NCBI GenBank assembly: GCA_964589445.1
Contig: CAZPQX010000003.1
Span: forward strand, 42,133 to 106,132
Direction: 5' to 3'
DNA: 64,000 nt
Source: an uncultured Candidatus Saccharibacteria bacterium
GTDB taxonomy: Bacteria; Patescibacteriota; Minisyncoccia; Phycocordibacterales; WO2-35-19
Shown here: positions 35,931-47,424 of the stretch, piece by piece
How the letters are laid out: the number at the start of each line of letters is the position of its first letter
Numbering within the stretch: position 1 is the first letter of the stretch
Position numbers and translations under genes: made by a program
The notes under the pieces: generated by a model
What the model was told of the DNA's origin: nothing
What the model saw: only the letters and a program-made list of their open reading frames with translations
Databases searched by the model: none

Positions 35931-37097
35931 TTACCTCGTATCCACTTTTGGGATGAAGAGGAGAGCGAGGAGGACTATGCTGCCCAAGGCATAAAAAGAA
36001 GCGCCGTAGCCAAAATTTGCAACTATAGGAAGGGCAACAAGAGGTACCAAAAGGAAAGAGATAGGTCTCACAATCCTAAAGAGGCTTATCATAGTAGTGT
36101 CCTTTTCTTTTACTTTTTTGAAAAAATAACTTTCGGTTGAGATCTCGACAATGCTTGCTCCGACTCTGGTGAGGAAAAGAGTGAGTGCGATAAATATCAA
36201 ACCTTTGCCGGCTGATAGTGGTAGTACGAGGGTCGTGGCTGACATGATGATCGTGCCCACAACTAGTAATTCTTTTTCACCTATAAATTTGTCATTTAAT
36301 ATGCCTGTGGGAAATTGGAAGAGGAGGAAGGGTGTAAGCATGATTGTAAAAATGACGCCTATATACTCCCAGCCGATGCCTAACTCTTTATATAAAAATA
36401 GGGGAAGGTATATGACCATCCAAGAATAAAAAAAGTTTAGAATAAAGTTGATGACCAAGATTTTGAAGGTGTCTCTCGTTTTAAACACTTCTTTTATTTT
36501 TGAGTATATTTCGAAATCTTTTGTTTTTAAATTTGCAGAAAAGTTTTTGAATACAAAAGTCACGAGGAGTGATAGAGGTATCAGTACTAAAGTCGAGGCA
36601 ATATAAATATTTCTTAAACTATTTTCATTTTGGAGTAATGGGATAAGAAGTGGAGATAAGACCCAACCTATATTTTGTACGGTGAGGAGGGCTCCTCTCG
36701 TCGTGCCTGTCTCGCTCTCTTTTTGGATTTTCTCTTCTACATTTATATCCATAAAGAAGTTGAGGGTAGATTGTCCCGAATGATGAAGGACGAAAAATAT
36801 AGCTACAAGAAGAGGGGAGATAGAAAAACCGAGACTGAGTGTCGCGATGATTTCGAGTAATATAAATATAAGAAAAGCTTTTTTGCTGCCTAGTTTGTGT
36901 ATCAAGAAGGGTGCTAAGATAAGCAAAAATATACTAAGAAGAGAGCCTATTGCATATAGGAAGTTGGTGCTATTTGGGCCCACATATCTTTCTATGGTTG
37001 ATGAGTTTATATAGACGACTGAAGCGTAATGTACAACTGCAAAAAACCCAGCTGCAAAAACAGCAAGCAGTCCCTTGTTTAGAACACTTTTCTGCAT
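35931..37097 (-). CDS. MFS-type transporter
   Basis: ~12 predicted TM segments and MFS-like topology. Confidence 0.6.
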   Translation of the reverse strand: MQKSVLNKGLLAVFAAGFFAVVHYASVVYINSSTIERYVGPNSTNFLYAIGSLLSIFLLILAPFLIHKLGSKKAFLIFILLEIIATLSLGFSISPLLVAIFFVLHHSGQSTLNFFMDINVEEKIQKESETGTTRGALLTVQNIGWVLSPLLIPLLQNENSLRNIYIASTLVLIPLSLLVTFVFKNFSANLKTKDFEIYSKIKEVFKTRDTFKILVINFILNFFYSWMVIYLPLFLYKELGIGWEYIGVIFTIMLTPFLLFQFPTGILNDKFIGEKELLVVGTIIMSATTLVLPLSAGKGLIFIALTLFLTRVGASIVEISTESYFFKKVKEKDTTMISLFRIVRPISFLLVPLVALPIVANFGYGASFYALGSIVLLALLFIPKVDTR

Positions 37098-37113
37098 GCA
37101 AATATTTTACACT

Positions 37114-38979
37114 TTAAACGCCGAGTACTACAGGGATAACTATTGGCTTTTTAGCTGTTTTTTGGAAGAGGAAGCTGCCTACTGCATCGTTTAGGTTGTT
37201 TTTTATGTAGTCAAAGTTGAGTGGGTTCATGCCTCTTGTTGAGTCTTCTACTGTTTTCTTTATGACAAGTCTTGTTTGGCTGAGTAGCTCTTGTGATTCA
37301 CGGAGGTATACGAAGCCTCTGGCGATAAGATCAGGTGACTTCCTTAGTTTGCCAGTCTTCATGTCGACTAGTGTGACGATGACGAATATCCCATCATCAG
37401 CGAGCATTTTCCTGTCTCGTAGCACCACTTCTTGGATGTCTCCAATTGAAAAACCATCTACTGTTACGAGGTCGCTCGGAGCTTTTTCTTTAAGGATTTT
37501 TATCTTTTGACCTTGATCATAAATTTCTATTATTGATCCGTTGTCTGGGATGACTACATTTTCTTTTGGGGCACCGATGCTTTGTGCGAGCTCGGCGTGC
37601 TGGCAAAGCATGTAGTGGTTGCCGTGTACTGGCATAAAGAATTTGTAGTTAATCTTTTGGTGTATCCATTTGAGCTCATCGCGGTTGCCGTGACCTGATG
37701 CGTGGATATCTGAGTCGAGGTAAGTCACTACTTTGGCTTCAGATCGGTATAGGTTGTCTTTGAGTTTGACTATGGCTTTGTGGTTGGTAGGGATGATAGA
37801 AGAAGAAAGCAAAATAGTATCTGTCTTTTTGAGACGAACGTATTTGTGGGTCTTATTTGCAATCCTCATAAGGGCGGCAAACTCTTCACCTTGGGCACCA
37901 GTCACAAGCATGACTATCCTGTCTGGAGGATAATTTTCTATTTCCTCGATTGGTATCACATTTTGTATTTCAGCCAGCTTGAGAAGTTTGATGATCTCGA
38001 GGTTTGCTTTCATGCTCCTACCCTCGACAACTATTTTTTTGTTGTATTTTTCTGCAGTTTTGACGATAGATATGATGCGTTCAACTTGTGAAGCAAATGT
38101 GCCGATGATAAGTCTTGCTTTTGTTTCTTTTATAAACCTCTCGATATTTTGTGCTACCACACTTTCTGAAAGTGAAAAACCTTGCTTCTCAACGCTCGTT
38201 GAGTCCATAGTAAGAAGAAGTACATTCATGTCTTTAAATCTTTTGTATTGTTCCTCTTCTTCTTCGGTAGGCACTCCTTTTATGTTGTCTACTCTCACGT
38301 CCTCGATAAAAACTATGTTTCCGTATTTGGTTTCTATCACAAGACCCATAGAGTCAGGAATGGTGTGAGAAATAGGGAAGGTGCTAACTTTTATGTTACC
38401 GCAAGTTATCTTTTCGTCGCCTTCTATTATTTTGATATCAAGCTCTTTGAGGTGGGGGAATTCTTCTTGCCTCTTTTTTATCATTATTGCTCCAAACTGT
38501 CTGGTGTAGACGGTAGGGTAGCCTATCCTGTCTATGATGTAGGGGATACCACCAATGTGGTCGAGGTGACCGTGTGTGATGAAGAGGCCTCTTATTTTGG
38601 CCTTATTTTCTTCGAGATAGCGGGTGTTTGGAAGTATATAGTCTATACCAGGAGAGTCTTCGTCTTTAAATTGAAAGCCAGCATCCACTACTATGATGTC
38701 TTCGCCAATCTCGATGGCCGTCATATTCCTGCCAATTTCTTCTACTCCACCTAGAGGTATGATCCTGATATTGTCTCCAACAGGAGGTATCTTAGCCATT
38801 TCTTTTGCAGCCTCTCTGTTTGGCTCTCTTTTTTCTATGATCCTGTTTGCTGGATTTGCTGGTTTTGGATTTCTCCTCATCCTCATTGATCTGAAATCTC
38901 GCCCTGGTCTTTTGACTGGTGCTCGCCCAGGTGTATCTGATCTGAAGCTTCTTATTGTTCCTCTCCTATTGTTTTCCAT
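37114..38979 (-). CDS. rnj: Ribonuclease J (metallo-beta-lactamase/beta-CASP) with an Arg-rich N-terminal extension
   Basis: HGHLDHIGG motif II; beta-CASP region; 621 aa. Confidence 0.85.
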   Translation of the reverse strand: MENNRRGTIRSFRSDTPGRAPVKRPGRDFRSMRMRRNPKPANPANRIIEKREPNREAAKEMAKIPPVGDNIRIIPLGGVEEIGRNMTAIEIGEDIIVVDAGFQFKDEDSPGIDYILPNTRYLEENKAKIRGLFITHGHLDHIGGIPYIIDRIGYPTVYTRQFGAIMIKKRQEEFPHLKELDIKIIEGDEKITCGNIKVSTFPISHTIPDSMGLVIETKYGNIVFIEDVRVDNIKGVPTEEEEEQYKRFKDMNVLLLTMDSTSVEKQGFSLSESVVAQNIERFIKETKARLIIGTFASQVERIISIVKTAEKYNKKIVVEGRSMKANLEIIKLLKLAEIQNVIPIEEIENYPPDRIVMLVTGAQGEEFAALMRIANKTHKYVRLKKTDTILLSSSIIPTNHKAIVKLKDNLYRSEAKVVTYLDSDIHASGHGNRDELKWIHQKINYKFFMPVHGNHYMLCQHAELAQSIGAPKENVVIPDNGSIIEIYDQGQKIKILKEKAPSDLVTVDGFSIGDIQEVVLRDRKMLADDGIFVIVTLVDMKTGKLRKSPDLIARGFVYLRESQELLSQTRLVIKKTVEDSTRGMNPLNFDYIKNNLNDAVGSFLFQKTAKKPIVIPVVLGV

Positions 38980-38999
38980 TTTTATTTTTTATTAATTAT

Positions 39000-40748
39000 T
39001 TATTTTGCAAATATTTCCCAAACTTTGTCTGTCTCTATATACCATTTACTTATCATTGCGAACCTCTCACTTGGCGCCGATATATTTTTAAAAGATATAT
39101 TTTTGACCTTTGTTGGTTTGAGGTATGTGAGGCTCGGTGTAAACAAGAATATTGCAGGCATGTCTTTCTTTATTTCATTGCTGATTGCTTCTTTGTCCGC
39201 ACTTATTTTTTGAGGGTCTCTTATAGTCCTCATGTCTTCAAGGAGCTTGTCTACTGTGATGTTTGTATAAAGAGAAATATTGAGGCCTGGATCATTTCTT
39301 TCTGAAGAATGCCAGAAAGGGTGAAGATCTGTGTTTTCGTTTATTATTTCTCCAAAGAGGAGAGAGTCGTATTTTCTACTCTTGATAATATTTTGGGTAA
39401 GATCGGAGGACTCAAAAACTTTTACTTCTACTCTTGCCCCGATTTCTTCCCATCTCGCTTTGAGTATTTCAGCTGTTGCTTTTAGGTCTATTGAGTCTGA
39501 TGTGGTGATGCTGAAACTCAAAACTTCTTTTTTGTCCTTTGTTTCTTTTTGTAAAATGCCTTCTTCGTTTGGTTTCCAGCCATTGTTTGCAAGGAGGGTT
39601 TTGGCAGCCTCGACGTCACCCTTTATCAAAGACTCATTTGTTTCTACGCTTGCTGGGGTCGGTCCGTTTATCGGTTTGCCAAATCCGAACAATACGTTTT
39701 CTACTATCTGCCCCCTTGGTGCAGACAAAGACAGAGCTTCTCGTACTTCTTTGTTTAAAAATACTGGTGCCACATTTTGATTTAGGAAAAGCGCAAAAAC
39801 TCTAGGGGTCGATACATCTTGTGTGAAATTTTGTTTTCCTATTTCGTTTGCCGTAGCAGGACTGATGCCGCTCGCACTTTCTATATCACCATTTTTATAT
39901 GCTTTGTAGAGCTCACTTTCGTTTTGGAAAAATTTTAGAGTCACATTTTTTATTAGTGGTCTTTCTGGTGAGTATCTATTGAAAGACTCAAAGCTCATAA
40001 GTGTGAGTAAACCGCTACCATCCCTCTCGGCCGCTGTCACTTTGAAAGGACCCGAGCCTACGGGAGTGATGTTGAATTCACTGAAAGGGAACTGTTCGGA
40101 GGAAACCTTTTCCCAAATGTGTTTTGGTAGGATGCCGAGAGTCAGTGACTCAAGGAATGGTGTGTAAGGTTTGCTAAGGAAAAATCTGATGGTTTTGTCG
40201 TCTATCTTTTCTACTGAGACTCCGGCCCAGCCTGGTTGCTTGGAGCTTTTTATAACAGGATCAACTATTTTATTTATTGTGAAAATAACGTCATCAGATG
40301 TCACTCTCTTGCCGTCGTGGAAATATGCATCTTCTTTTATTTTGAATTCGTAAGTCCTACCATCGTCTGAGACTCCGTAACTTTCGGCGAGGTCTTCGGT
40401 GTATTTGCCATCCTCATTTACCTTGAGAAGTCCTGAGTACACTAAAGAAGATATGTTTTTGTCTGTGTCTGATATAGCTAGTATTGGATTTATAAATCTA
40501 GGAGAACCAACCAAACCTTCGTTTATAGATCCGCCAAAGCTGGGCACTTCTACAAGGAAGTAGCTGTTGACTTTAAATAGGAGCATGACACCGCTCACCA
40601 CTACAGCGATAGAAGCAATAGTGAAGATCATCCTTTCAGCAGGATTCATCTTTTTTGATACTCCTTCCATTTTTTCTATAAATTTAAAATTTATAGAATT
40701 TACAAATAGAGCATTAAAAAAGGATACTATTTTATTTCCAGGTTTCAT
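39000..40748 (-). CDS. ABC transporter substrate-binding protein, family 5 (oligopeptide/dipeptide/nickel type)
   Basis: N-terminal anchor; SBP_bac_5-like sequence over 582 aa. Confidence 0.7.
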   Translation of the reverse strand: MKPGNKIVSFFNALFVNSINFKFIEKMEGVSKKMNPAERMIFTIASIAVVVSGVMLLFKVNSYFLVEVPSFGGSINEGLVGSPRFINPILAISDTDKNISSLVYSGLLKVNEDGKYTEDLAESYGVSDDGRTYEFKIKEDAYFHDGKRVTSDDVIFTINKIVDPVIKSSKQPGWAGVSVEKIDDKTIRFFLSKPYTPFLESLTLGILPKHIWEKVSSEQFPFSEFNITPVGSGPFKVTAAERDGSGLLTLMSFESFNRYSPERPLIKNVTLKFFQNESELYKAYKNGDIESASGISPATANEIGKQNFTQDVSTPRVFALFLNQNVAPVFLNKEVREALSLSAPRGQIVENVLFGFGKPINGPTPASVETNESLIKGDVEAAKTLLANNGWKPNEEGILQKETKDKKEVLSFSITTSDSIDLKATAEILKARWEEIGARVEVKVFESSDLTQNIIKSRKYDSLLFGEIINENTDLHPFWHSSERNDPGLNISLYTNITVDKLLEDMRTIRDPQKISADKEAISNEIKKDMPAIFLFTPSLTYLKPTKVKNISFKNISAPSERFAMISKWYIETDKVWEIFAK

Positions 40749-40794
40749 TTAGTGATGATTTGCGTAAGAGAAAAGAGATTTCGAAGAAAAGATA

Positions 40795-41004
40795 TTATAG
40801 CAGGTTTGTTATGCTTGATACAACAAATAGTATGGCTACGAGTATTGTGATACGGAAAATCCAAAGCTCTGGACCCCTTCTTTGTCTATGTGTGTTGTCT
40901 AGGTTGCCTCCGCCGAAAGCACTTCCAAGAGAACCTTCTCCTTGCTGTATAAGCACCAAGATTCCGAGTAGTGCACCTAATATTATTTGGATATAAGCCA
41001 ACAT
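40795..41004 (-). CDS. secG: Preprotein translocase subunit SecG
   Basis: LIQQGEGSLGSAFGGGN matches the SecG signature LLQQGKG.G...FGGG. Confidence 0.75.
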   Translation of the reverse strand: MLAYIQIILGALLGILVLIQQGEGSLGSAFGGGNLDNTHRQRRGPELWIFRITILVAILFVVSSITNLL

Positions 41005-41187
41005 TTGATTAATTTAGAGCAAAATTAGCACGCAGTAGATAATAAAACAAGTTTACAATATGATTTTAATTAAGTATCACTTTTTGTCAAGGTCTGGTTT
41101 AAAAAATTGAAGCTTTATTTTTAAACATTTCTGTTTTAGAATACTCTCGCTTAATAGCAAATTTACAAGCATAATTTTGTTTCTAAA

Positions 41188-41535
41188 ATGAAAAAAATGA
41201 AAAATGAAAAATCTGTCAGCTCGAACAAATCTTTGAGTTCAAAGATAGAGCCTCTCTATGACAGGGTCGTTTTGAAGCCTCAAGCTGAAGACGAGAGAAG
41301 CAAAACCGCTTCTGGGATAATCATCCCAGATACAGTAAGTAAAGAAAAGCCAGAACAGGGTGTGGTGCTCTCTGTAGGTGAAGGCAGACTAGATGAAGAT
41401 GGTAAGAGAGTACCGATGTCTGTGAAGGTTGGAGACAGAGTGGTGTTTTCTCGTTATGGATATGAAGAGGTAAAAATCGAGGGCGAGGAATACTACATTA
41501 TAAAAGAGGAAAATATATTGGCGATTATTAAATAA
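41188..41535 (+). CDS. groS: Co-chaperonin GroES (with ~20-aa N-terminal extension)
   Basis: LYDRVVLKPQAEDERSKTASGIIIPDT...GEGRLDEDGKRVPMSVKVGDRVVFSRYG. Confidence 0.9.
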   Translation: MKKMKNEKSVSSNKSLSSKIEPLYDRVVLKPQAEDERSKTASGIIIPDTVSKEKPEQGVVLSVGEGRLDEDGKRVPMSVKVGDRVVFSRYGYEEVKIEGEEYYIIKEENILAIIK

Positions 41536-41539
41536 TTGA

Positions 41540-43189
<1,650 letters not shown>

Positions 43190-43290
43190 TTTTGCTTGAT
43201 TTAAATTTAAGAGGTAAGATATTTGTAGATGAATCCTACCACCCCCACTCCCATGGGGGTTCCGAGAGACAAGAGAGACGAACCAATGAG

Positions 43291-43325
43291 GGCTGACCGC
43301 AAGGTCAGCCCTTTGTATTTGTGTT
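43291..43325 (+). terminator. Rho-independent terminator after groEL
   Basis: gagggctgaccgcaaggtcagccctttgtatttgtg. Confidence 0.65.
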
Positions 43326-43369
43326 AGAATATGTTCATTGAAAACCTTATTAGAAATATTAAAATAAAA

Positions 43370-43482
43370 GCACTACTAGCTTGGGAGTGCTAATTCTTTA
43401 AAAACCAAGAGGCACATTAGAAGGAAAGCCTTGAACCAAAAAAGTAAACACAACCACTCCCGAGCTAGCGGTGCTTTTCTTG
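43370..43482 (+). ncRNA. Candidate structured small RNA or attenuator (20-bp closing helix around a 65-nt interior, T-run at the 3' end)
   Basis: gcactactagcttgggagtg (43370-43389) pairs 19 of 20 with cactcccgagctagcggtgc (43455-43474); followed by ttttcttg. Confidence 0.3.
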
Positions 43483-43519
43483 TAATGTACCTCTAAAGTT
43501 TTTGTAATATAATTAAATT

Positions 43520-44047
43520 ATGGATATTTTTGCACACGCGCTTTGGACCAATATGGTCTATATGAAAAAGTATAAGAACGAAGTGAGGGACAGGTTTATC
43601 GCTGTGGCTTTTGGTGTGGTGCCTGACCTCCTTTCTTTTGTGCCGTTTTTTGTTTATGCGATTTTTAGTAGAAAAGAATTTTTTGAAATGATGGGTAGTG
43701 GGGTGGCGGTGGCTAGGTATGCTAGCGAGTCTTACAACTACACCCACAGTATCGTCTTTTTTGCTTTAGTATTTATTTTAATTGGTTTGGTTAGGAAAAT
43801 TTGGAAAAAATCTTTTGTGTACTGGCCTATCTTTGGTTGGCTCTTGCATATACTGATAGACATACCGTCTCACCGAGGCTTTTATGAGACACCTTTTCTC
43901 TTTCCTTTGTCGGGGTATAAGTTTTCACATGGTGTTTCTTGGGGGCACCCGGTTTTCATGATTATAAATTATAGTGCTTTAGCTGCCATCTACCTTGTTT
44001 GGTTCCTTGTGCTTAGAAAAAAGAATTTACCCGAGAAAAGGGGATAA
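43520..44047 (+). CDS. YdjM-like inner-membrane metal-dependent hydrolase family protein
   Basis: TM protein with H/D motifs (LHILIDIPSH). Confidence 0.4.
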   Translation: MDIFAHALWTNMVYMKKYKNEVRDRFIAVAFGVVPDLLSFVPFFVYAIFSRKEFFEMMGSGVAVARYASESYNYTHSIVFFALVFILIGLVRKIWKKSFVYWPIFGWLLHILIDIPSHRGFYETPFLFPLSGYKFSHGVSWGHPVFMIINYSALAAIYLVWFLVLRKKNLPEKRG

Positions 44048-44148
44048 CTACTTGCATTATTTATAATAGTGTGCTTTTATTGTCCCGGGCGCTCTTTTAA
44101 AGATTTAATCGGAGGAGAGCGTACTATTTCTGATATTTTGGGAGGAAT

Positions 44149-44772
44149 ATGACCAAGAAGCTTTTTGCTTTGGCCATTCTGCTGTTCGTTTTTTCCGTCG
44201 GCATTCTGCCGGCGGCACCCATGACCTATAACACCGGTGACGGTAATGCCGCGTGGGGCGGCGCGGCCCAGGTGGTGATCACCAACATCTCGAGCCCCCC
44301 TTGGGCGCCGAACGGCACCACTGGTGCCGGGTCCTTGTGGGTGAACAGCACCAACTCCGGCTTCCAGGGTGGTGGTCCGGCGCTGGGCACCACGACTACC
44401 TACACCCTTAATTTGGGGTGGGTGTCGTGGATCCACGCTCGGGTCTTGGCCGACGACGGCTCGCATGTGTCGCTCTCGGTGAACGGTAATCCGTTCACTA
44501 CACTGGTGAACAGCAGTGGCGCCCCGCAGGCGACCAATTGCAGTTCGCAGGTGCCTTCGTGTCCAGCGAGCATGGTTTGGGACTCCGGCATGATTAATAT
44601 CGGGGGGAATGCCATCCTCCGGTTCGTCACCAGCCAGGATGTCAACAACACCCCTATGGGCACCCAGATCACGGTGCATTCCGATGTGCCCGAGCCCGGC
44701 ACCTTCGCCCTCATGGGCGCCGCTCTGATTGGTCTCGGCTTCCGCAAGCTCCGGCCCGATCGTAGGTCCTGA
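44149..44772 (+). CDS. PEP-CTERM sorting-signal protein on a GC-rich insert
   Basis: Signal peptide; Gly/Thr/Asn-rich body; C-terminus VPEPGTFALMGAALIGLGFRKLRPDRRS (PEP motif plus TM plus basic tail); GC around 60%. Confidence 0.7.
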   Translation: MTKKLFALAILLFVFSVGILPAAPMTYNTGDGNAAWGGAAQVVITNISSPPWAPNGTTGAGSLWVNSTNSGFQGGGPALGTTTTYTLNLGWVSWIHARVLADDGSHVSLSVNGNPFTTLVNSSGAPQATNCSSQVPSCPASMVWDSGMINIGGNAILRFVTSQDVNNTPMGTQITVHSDVPEPGTFALMGAALIGLGFRKLRPDRRS

Positions 44773-44952
44773 TCACCGTCACCGACCGCCTCTGATTAAA
44801 TAATAGTTCGTTCGTGTCCGTTGCTCGCCTGCATACAAGCAAGTGAGACGCCGTCCCTCCGGGGCCGGCTTTTTTTTGCCAATTTTTTTTCCAAATGCAG
44901 GCACTTTACAGGTATGATATAATGACTCTAAGTTAGAATTAATCAAACTATT

Positions 44953-45513
44953 ATGGAATTATCTTGGATTTTATTGATCGTGGCTGTGGTAGCAGCTTTT
45001 TGGCTAGTCTTTGCCTACAACCGTTTTGTATCTTTGGTAAACAGAGCAAAAGAAGCTTCAAGTGACATCGAGGTGCAAATGAAGAGGCGATATGACCTGA
45101 TACCCAACCTTGTGAGCACGGTGAAAGGCTACGCTGCGCATGAGCAAGAAACTTTAGACAGAGTGATACAAGCAAGGAATACAGCCATGAGCGCCACGGG
45201 CGCCGAGGCTCAAGGTCAGGCAGAAAATATGCTTACAGGTGCACTCAAATCAGTCTTTGCTCTTTCTGAAAGCTACCCAGACCTAAAGGCAAATACAAAT
45301 TTCCTAGAGCTTCAGAGAGAAATTTCTGACACCGAAAATAAGATCCAGGCTGCAAGAAGGTTTTATAATACAAATGTGAGAGACCTCAACATTGCAACCG
45401 AATCTTTCCCTTCAAATATCATCGCCAAAGTTTTTGGATTTTCAAAGATGGAATTGTTTGACCTCGAAGAAGAAGCAGCTAGGCAGCCAGTAAAGGTAGA
45501 CTTTAGCCAATAG
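44953..45513 (+). CDS. LemA family protein
   Basis: N-terminal TM plus FAYNRFVSLVNRAKEASSDIEVQMKRRYDLIPNLV. Confidence 0.8.
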   Translation: MELSWILLIVAVVAAFWLVFAYNRFVSLVNRAKEASSDIEVQMKRRYDLIPNLVSTVKGYAAHEQETLDRVIQARNTAMSATGAEAQGQAENMLTGALKSVFALSESYPDLKANTNFLELQREISDTENKIQAARRFYNTNVRDLNIATESFPSNIIAKVFGFSKMELFDLEEEAARQPVKVDFSQ

Positions 45514-45548
45514 ATTTTAGATAGTAGGTAATAGTAATAGATAAAAAC

Positions 45549-45779
45549 ATGCATAACATAACAATATATTCGACTCCGACTTGTCACTTCTGCCACTTGG
45601 CAAAAGAGTATTTTACTGAGAAGGGTATAAAATATACTGAGCATGATGTACTCGCTGACATGGCAAAGAGGCAAGAAATGGTAGACAAAAGCGGTCAGCT
45701 CGGAGTGCCGGTCATCGTCATTGATGAAAAGGTGATAGTCGGGTTTGATCAGCCACAGGTAGAGGCTTTGCTAAAATAA
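45549..45779 (+). CDS. Glutaredoxin-like protein (NrdH/YruB-type)
   Basis: IYSTPTCHFCHLAKEYF CxxC active site; GVPVIVID. Confidence 0.75.
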   Translation: MHNITIYSTPTCHFCHLAKEYFTEKGIKYTEHDVLADMAKRQEMVDKSGQLGVPVIVIDEKVIVGFDQPQVEALLK

Positions 45780-45787
45780 CCATTCTT

Positions 45788-46033
45788 ATGCTTCCAGAAG
45801 AAAGACAAATGTTAAAAAAGGCCCTTGAGCTTTCTCAAGAAAACAACGAGATGCTTCGTTCTATGAAGCGGAGTATGTTTATTGGGAGGATATTTCGCAT
45901 AGCTTATTGGGTGGTGATAATAGGCGCCGGTGTGGGTGCTTACTATTATATAGAGCCGTATCTGGACGGGGCGGTCAGTGCCTACGGGTCCCTAAAAGGA
46001 GACGTCCAGTCTTTTGGGGATTTGTTTAGGTAA
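45788..46033 (+). CDS. Small membrane protein (hypothetical)
   Basis: 81-aa ORF with one TM. Confidence 0.35.
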   Translation: MLPEERQMLKKALELSQENNEMLRSMKRSMFIGRIFRIAYWVVIIGAGVGAYYYIEPYLDGAVSAYGSLKGDVQSFGDLFR

Positions 46034-46080
46034 ATTTAAAATTTTGTGATATAAATATTCTTGCCTGAGGTAAGAATAAC

Positions 46081-46156
46081 GCCGAGGTAGCTCAGTTGGT
46101 AGAGCGCTCCCCTGAAGAGGGATAGGTCACCAGTTCGACCCTGGTCCTCGGCACCA
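46081..46156 (+). tRNA. tRNA-Phe (anticodon GAA), CCA encoded
   Basis: GCCGAGG acceptor; D-arm GCTC/GAGC; anticodon loop CTGAAGA; T-arm ACCAG-TTCGACC-CTGGT; ends CACCA. Confidence 0.85.
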
Positions 46157-46230
46157 CTTCACTCTTTATGAAAGAGTTTCGCGGTGTAAACACCAAACAA
46201 AACAAAAAACTCCCCAAGGGAGATTTTTTG

Positions 46231-46689
46231 TTAGTTGCCTCTGACTTTTAGTTTGGTCGAGCGGTGCTTGTCGAGTTTTGGAAGCCTTAGTATGAGTAGA
46301 CCGTGCTTTTCGATAGCCTCTGCTCCGTCTACATCTATCTCTTGAGGGAGCACTATGTTTCTTGAGAAGCTGCCCCAATAGAGCTCTCTGTGGAAGTAGT
46401 CATCGTCAGCTACAGTCCTCTCTGTTTCTCTTTTGCCTTTGATAGTCACCATGTCGCGAGTGATGGATACGTCCAAATCTTCTGGCTTCACACCAGCCAC
46501 CATAGACTTGATGATTATCTCATTTGGGTTTTGATAAACATCTACTGTGAGCTCGCCTTCTTCGGGCGCGTTGTTTATCCAGTCACTTTTTTCTTCGACT
46601 TCTAATTCTTCTTCCTCGTCTTCGAAGTCTCGTGTGATGGGTACCGAACCCGTGAGTCTTTCAAAAAATGATCTTTTTTCTTTTGCCAT
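46231..46689 (-). CDS. Hsp20/alpha-crystallin family small heat-shock protein
   Basis: C-terminal alpha-crystallin domain ...LPEEIDVDGAEAIEKHGLLILRLPK. Confidence 0.75.
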   Translation of the reverse strand: MAKEKRSFFERLTGSVPITRDFEDEEEELEVEEKSDWINNAPEEGELTVDVYQNPNEIIIKSMVAGVKPEDLDVSITRDMVTIKGKRETERTVADDDYFHRELYWGSFSRNIVLPQEIDVDGAEAIEKHGLLILRLPKLDKHRSTKLKVRGN

Positions 46690-46701
46690 TTTAAATTAAA
46701 T

Positions 46702-47409
46702 TTAGTTAACCAAACTTTTTTCAAACTTTGTGGTTTTTATTTTTTCTATCAATACCACAAGCACAATAATGAGCACCCAAAAAGCAGAGAATACTAGGAA
46801 TATCGGCGTCTTGATATTAATTATAAGCAAGTTAAATATTGTATGCAATATCACACTTACTAATAACCCTGTGAATAAAAATATTTTTTTTATTTTTACT
46901 TTTTTGTAAAATGACAATCCTATCATTACACCAATTGAAGATGAAGATGCGATGTGGAGCACGGTGGCGCCGATAAATCTCGAATTTCCATTCATGAGAC
47001 TTTCTATGAAAAGATTTGAATATATGAGGTTGGAAAGGAAGAGGGAATTTTCGATCGCTGAAAATCCTAAGGCCGCTGTGATCATATATATGACTGCGTC
47101 TATTGGCTCGTCATTTGCTTTGCTTATTAGTGCTCCCAAAAAGGCTGCTAAAAATTTAAAAAACTCTTCTGTTGCGGCCCAGAGTATTATGGTGAGAGGT
47201 GATATACTTCCTAAAAAATCAAAAATGAATCTCTCTATAGGGATAACAAGAAAAACAGAAATGGCACCAAGGAGGAAGACAATAGCAATTTTCTTTTTAG
47301 GTTCAGGATGCACTCTGTCTTCTTTAAGCCAAAACCAAAGCCAAAAAAGGGCAGGTAGCACTCCTCCTAAGAGAGAAATTAAGGCGGTGTTGAAAGAAGG
47401 AAACATCAA
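46702..47409 (-). CDS. PrsW-family intramembrane protease
   Basis: EEFFKF (EExxK) and FSAIENSLF motifs; multi-TM. Confidence 0.6.
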   Translation of the reverse strand: MMFPSFNTALISLLGGVLPALFWLWFWLKEDRVHPEPKKKIAIVFLLGAISVFLVIPIERFIFDFLGSISPLTIILWAATEEFFKFLAAFLGALISKANDEPIDAVIYMITAALGFSAIENSLFLSNLIYSNLFIESLMNGNSRFIGATVLHIASSSSIGVMIGLSFYKKVKIKKIFLFTGLLVSVILHTIFNLLIINIKTPIFLVFSAFWVLIIVLVVLIEKIKTTKFEKSLVN

Positions 47410-47424
47410 CTAAATTTTAGCACA

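Noticed and set aside
43370-43482. Assignment of the structured element as SRP (4.5S) RNA
   Set aside because: Only a weak GGAAGGAA-like loop similarity is present and there is no convincing domain IV architecture. It is kept as an unclassified candidate ncRNA.
44077-44679. 200-aa minus-strand ORF antisense to the PEP-CTERM gene
   Set aside because: This is a GC-rich antisense artefact. The plus-strand ORF has a signal peptide and the PEP-CTERM motif.
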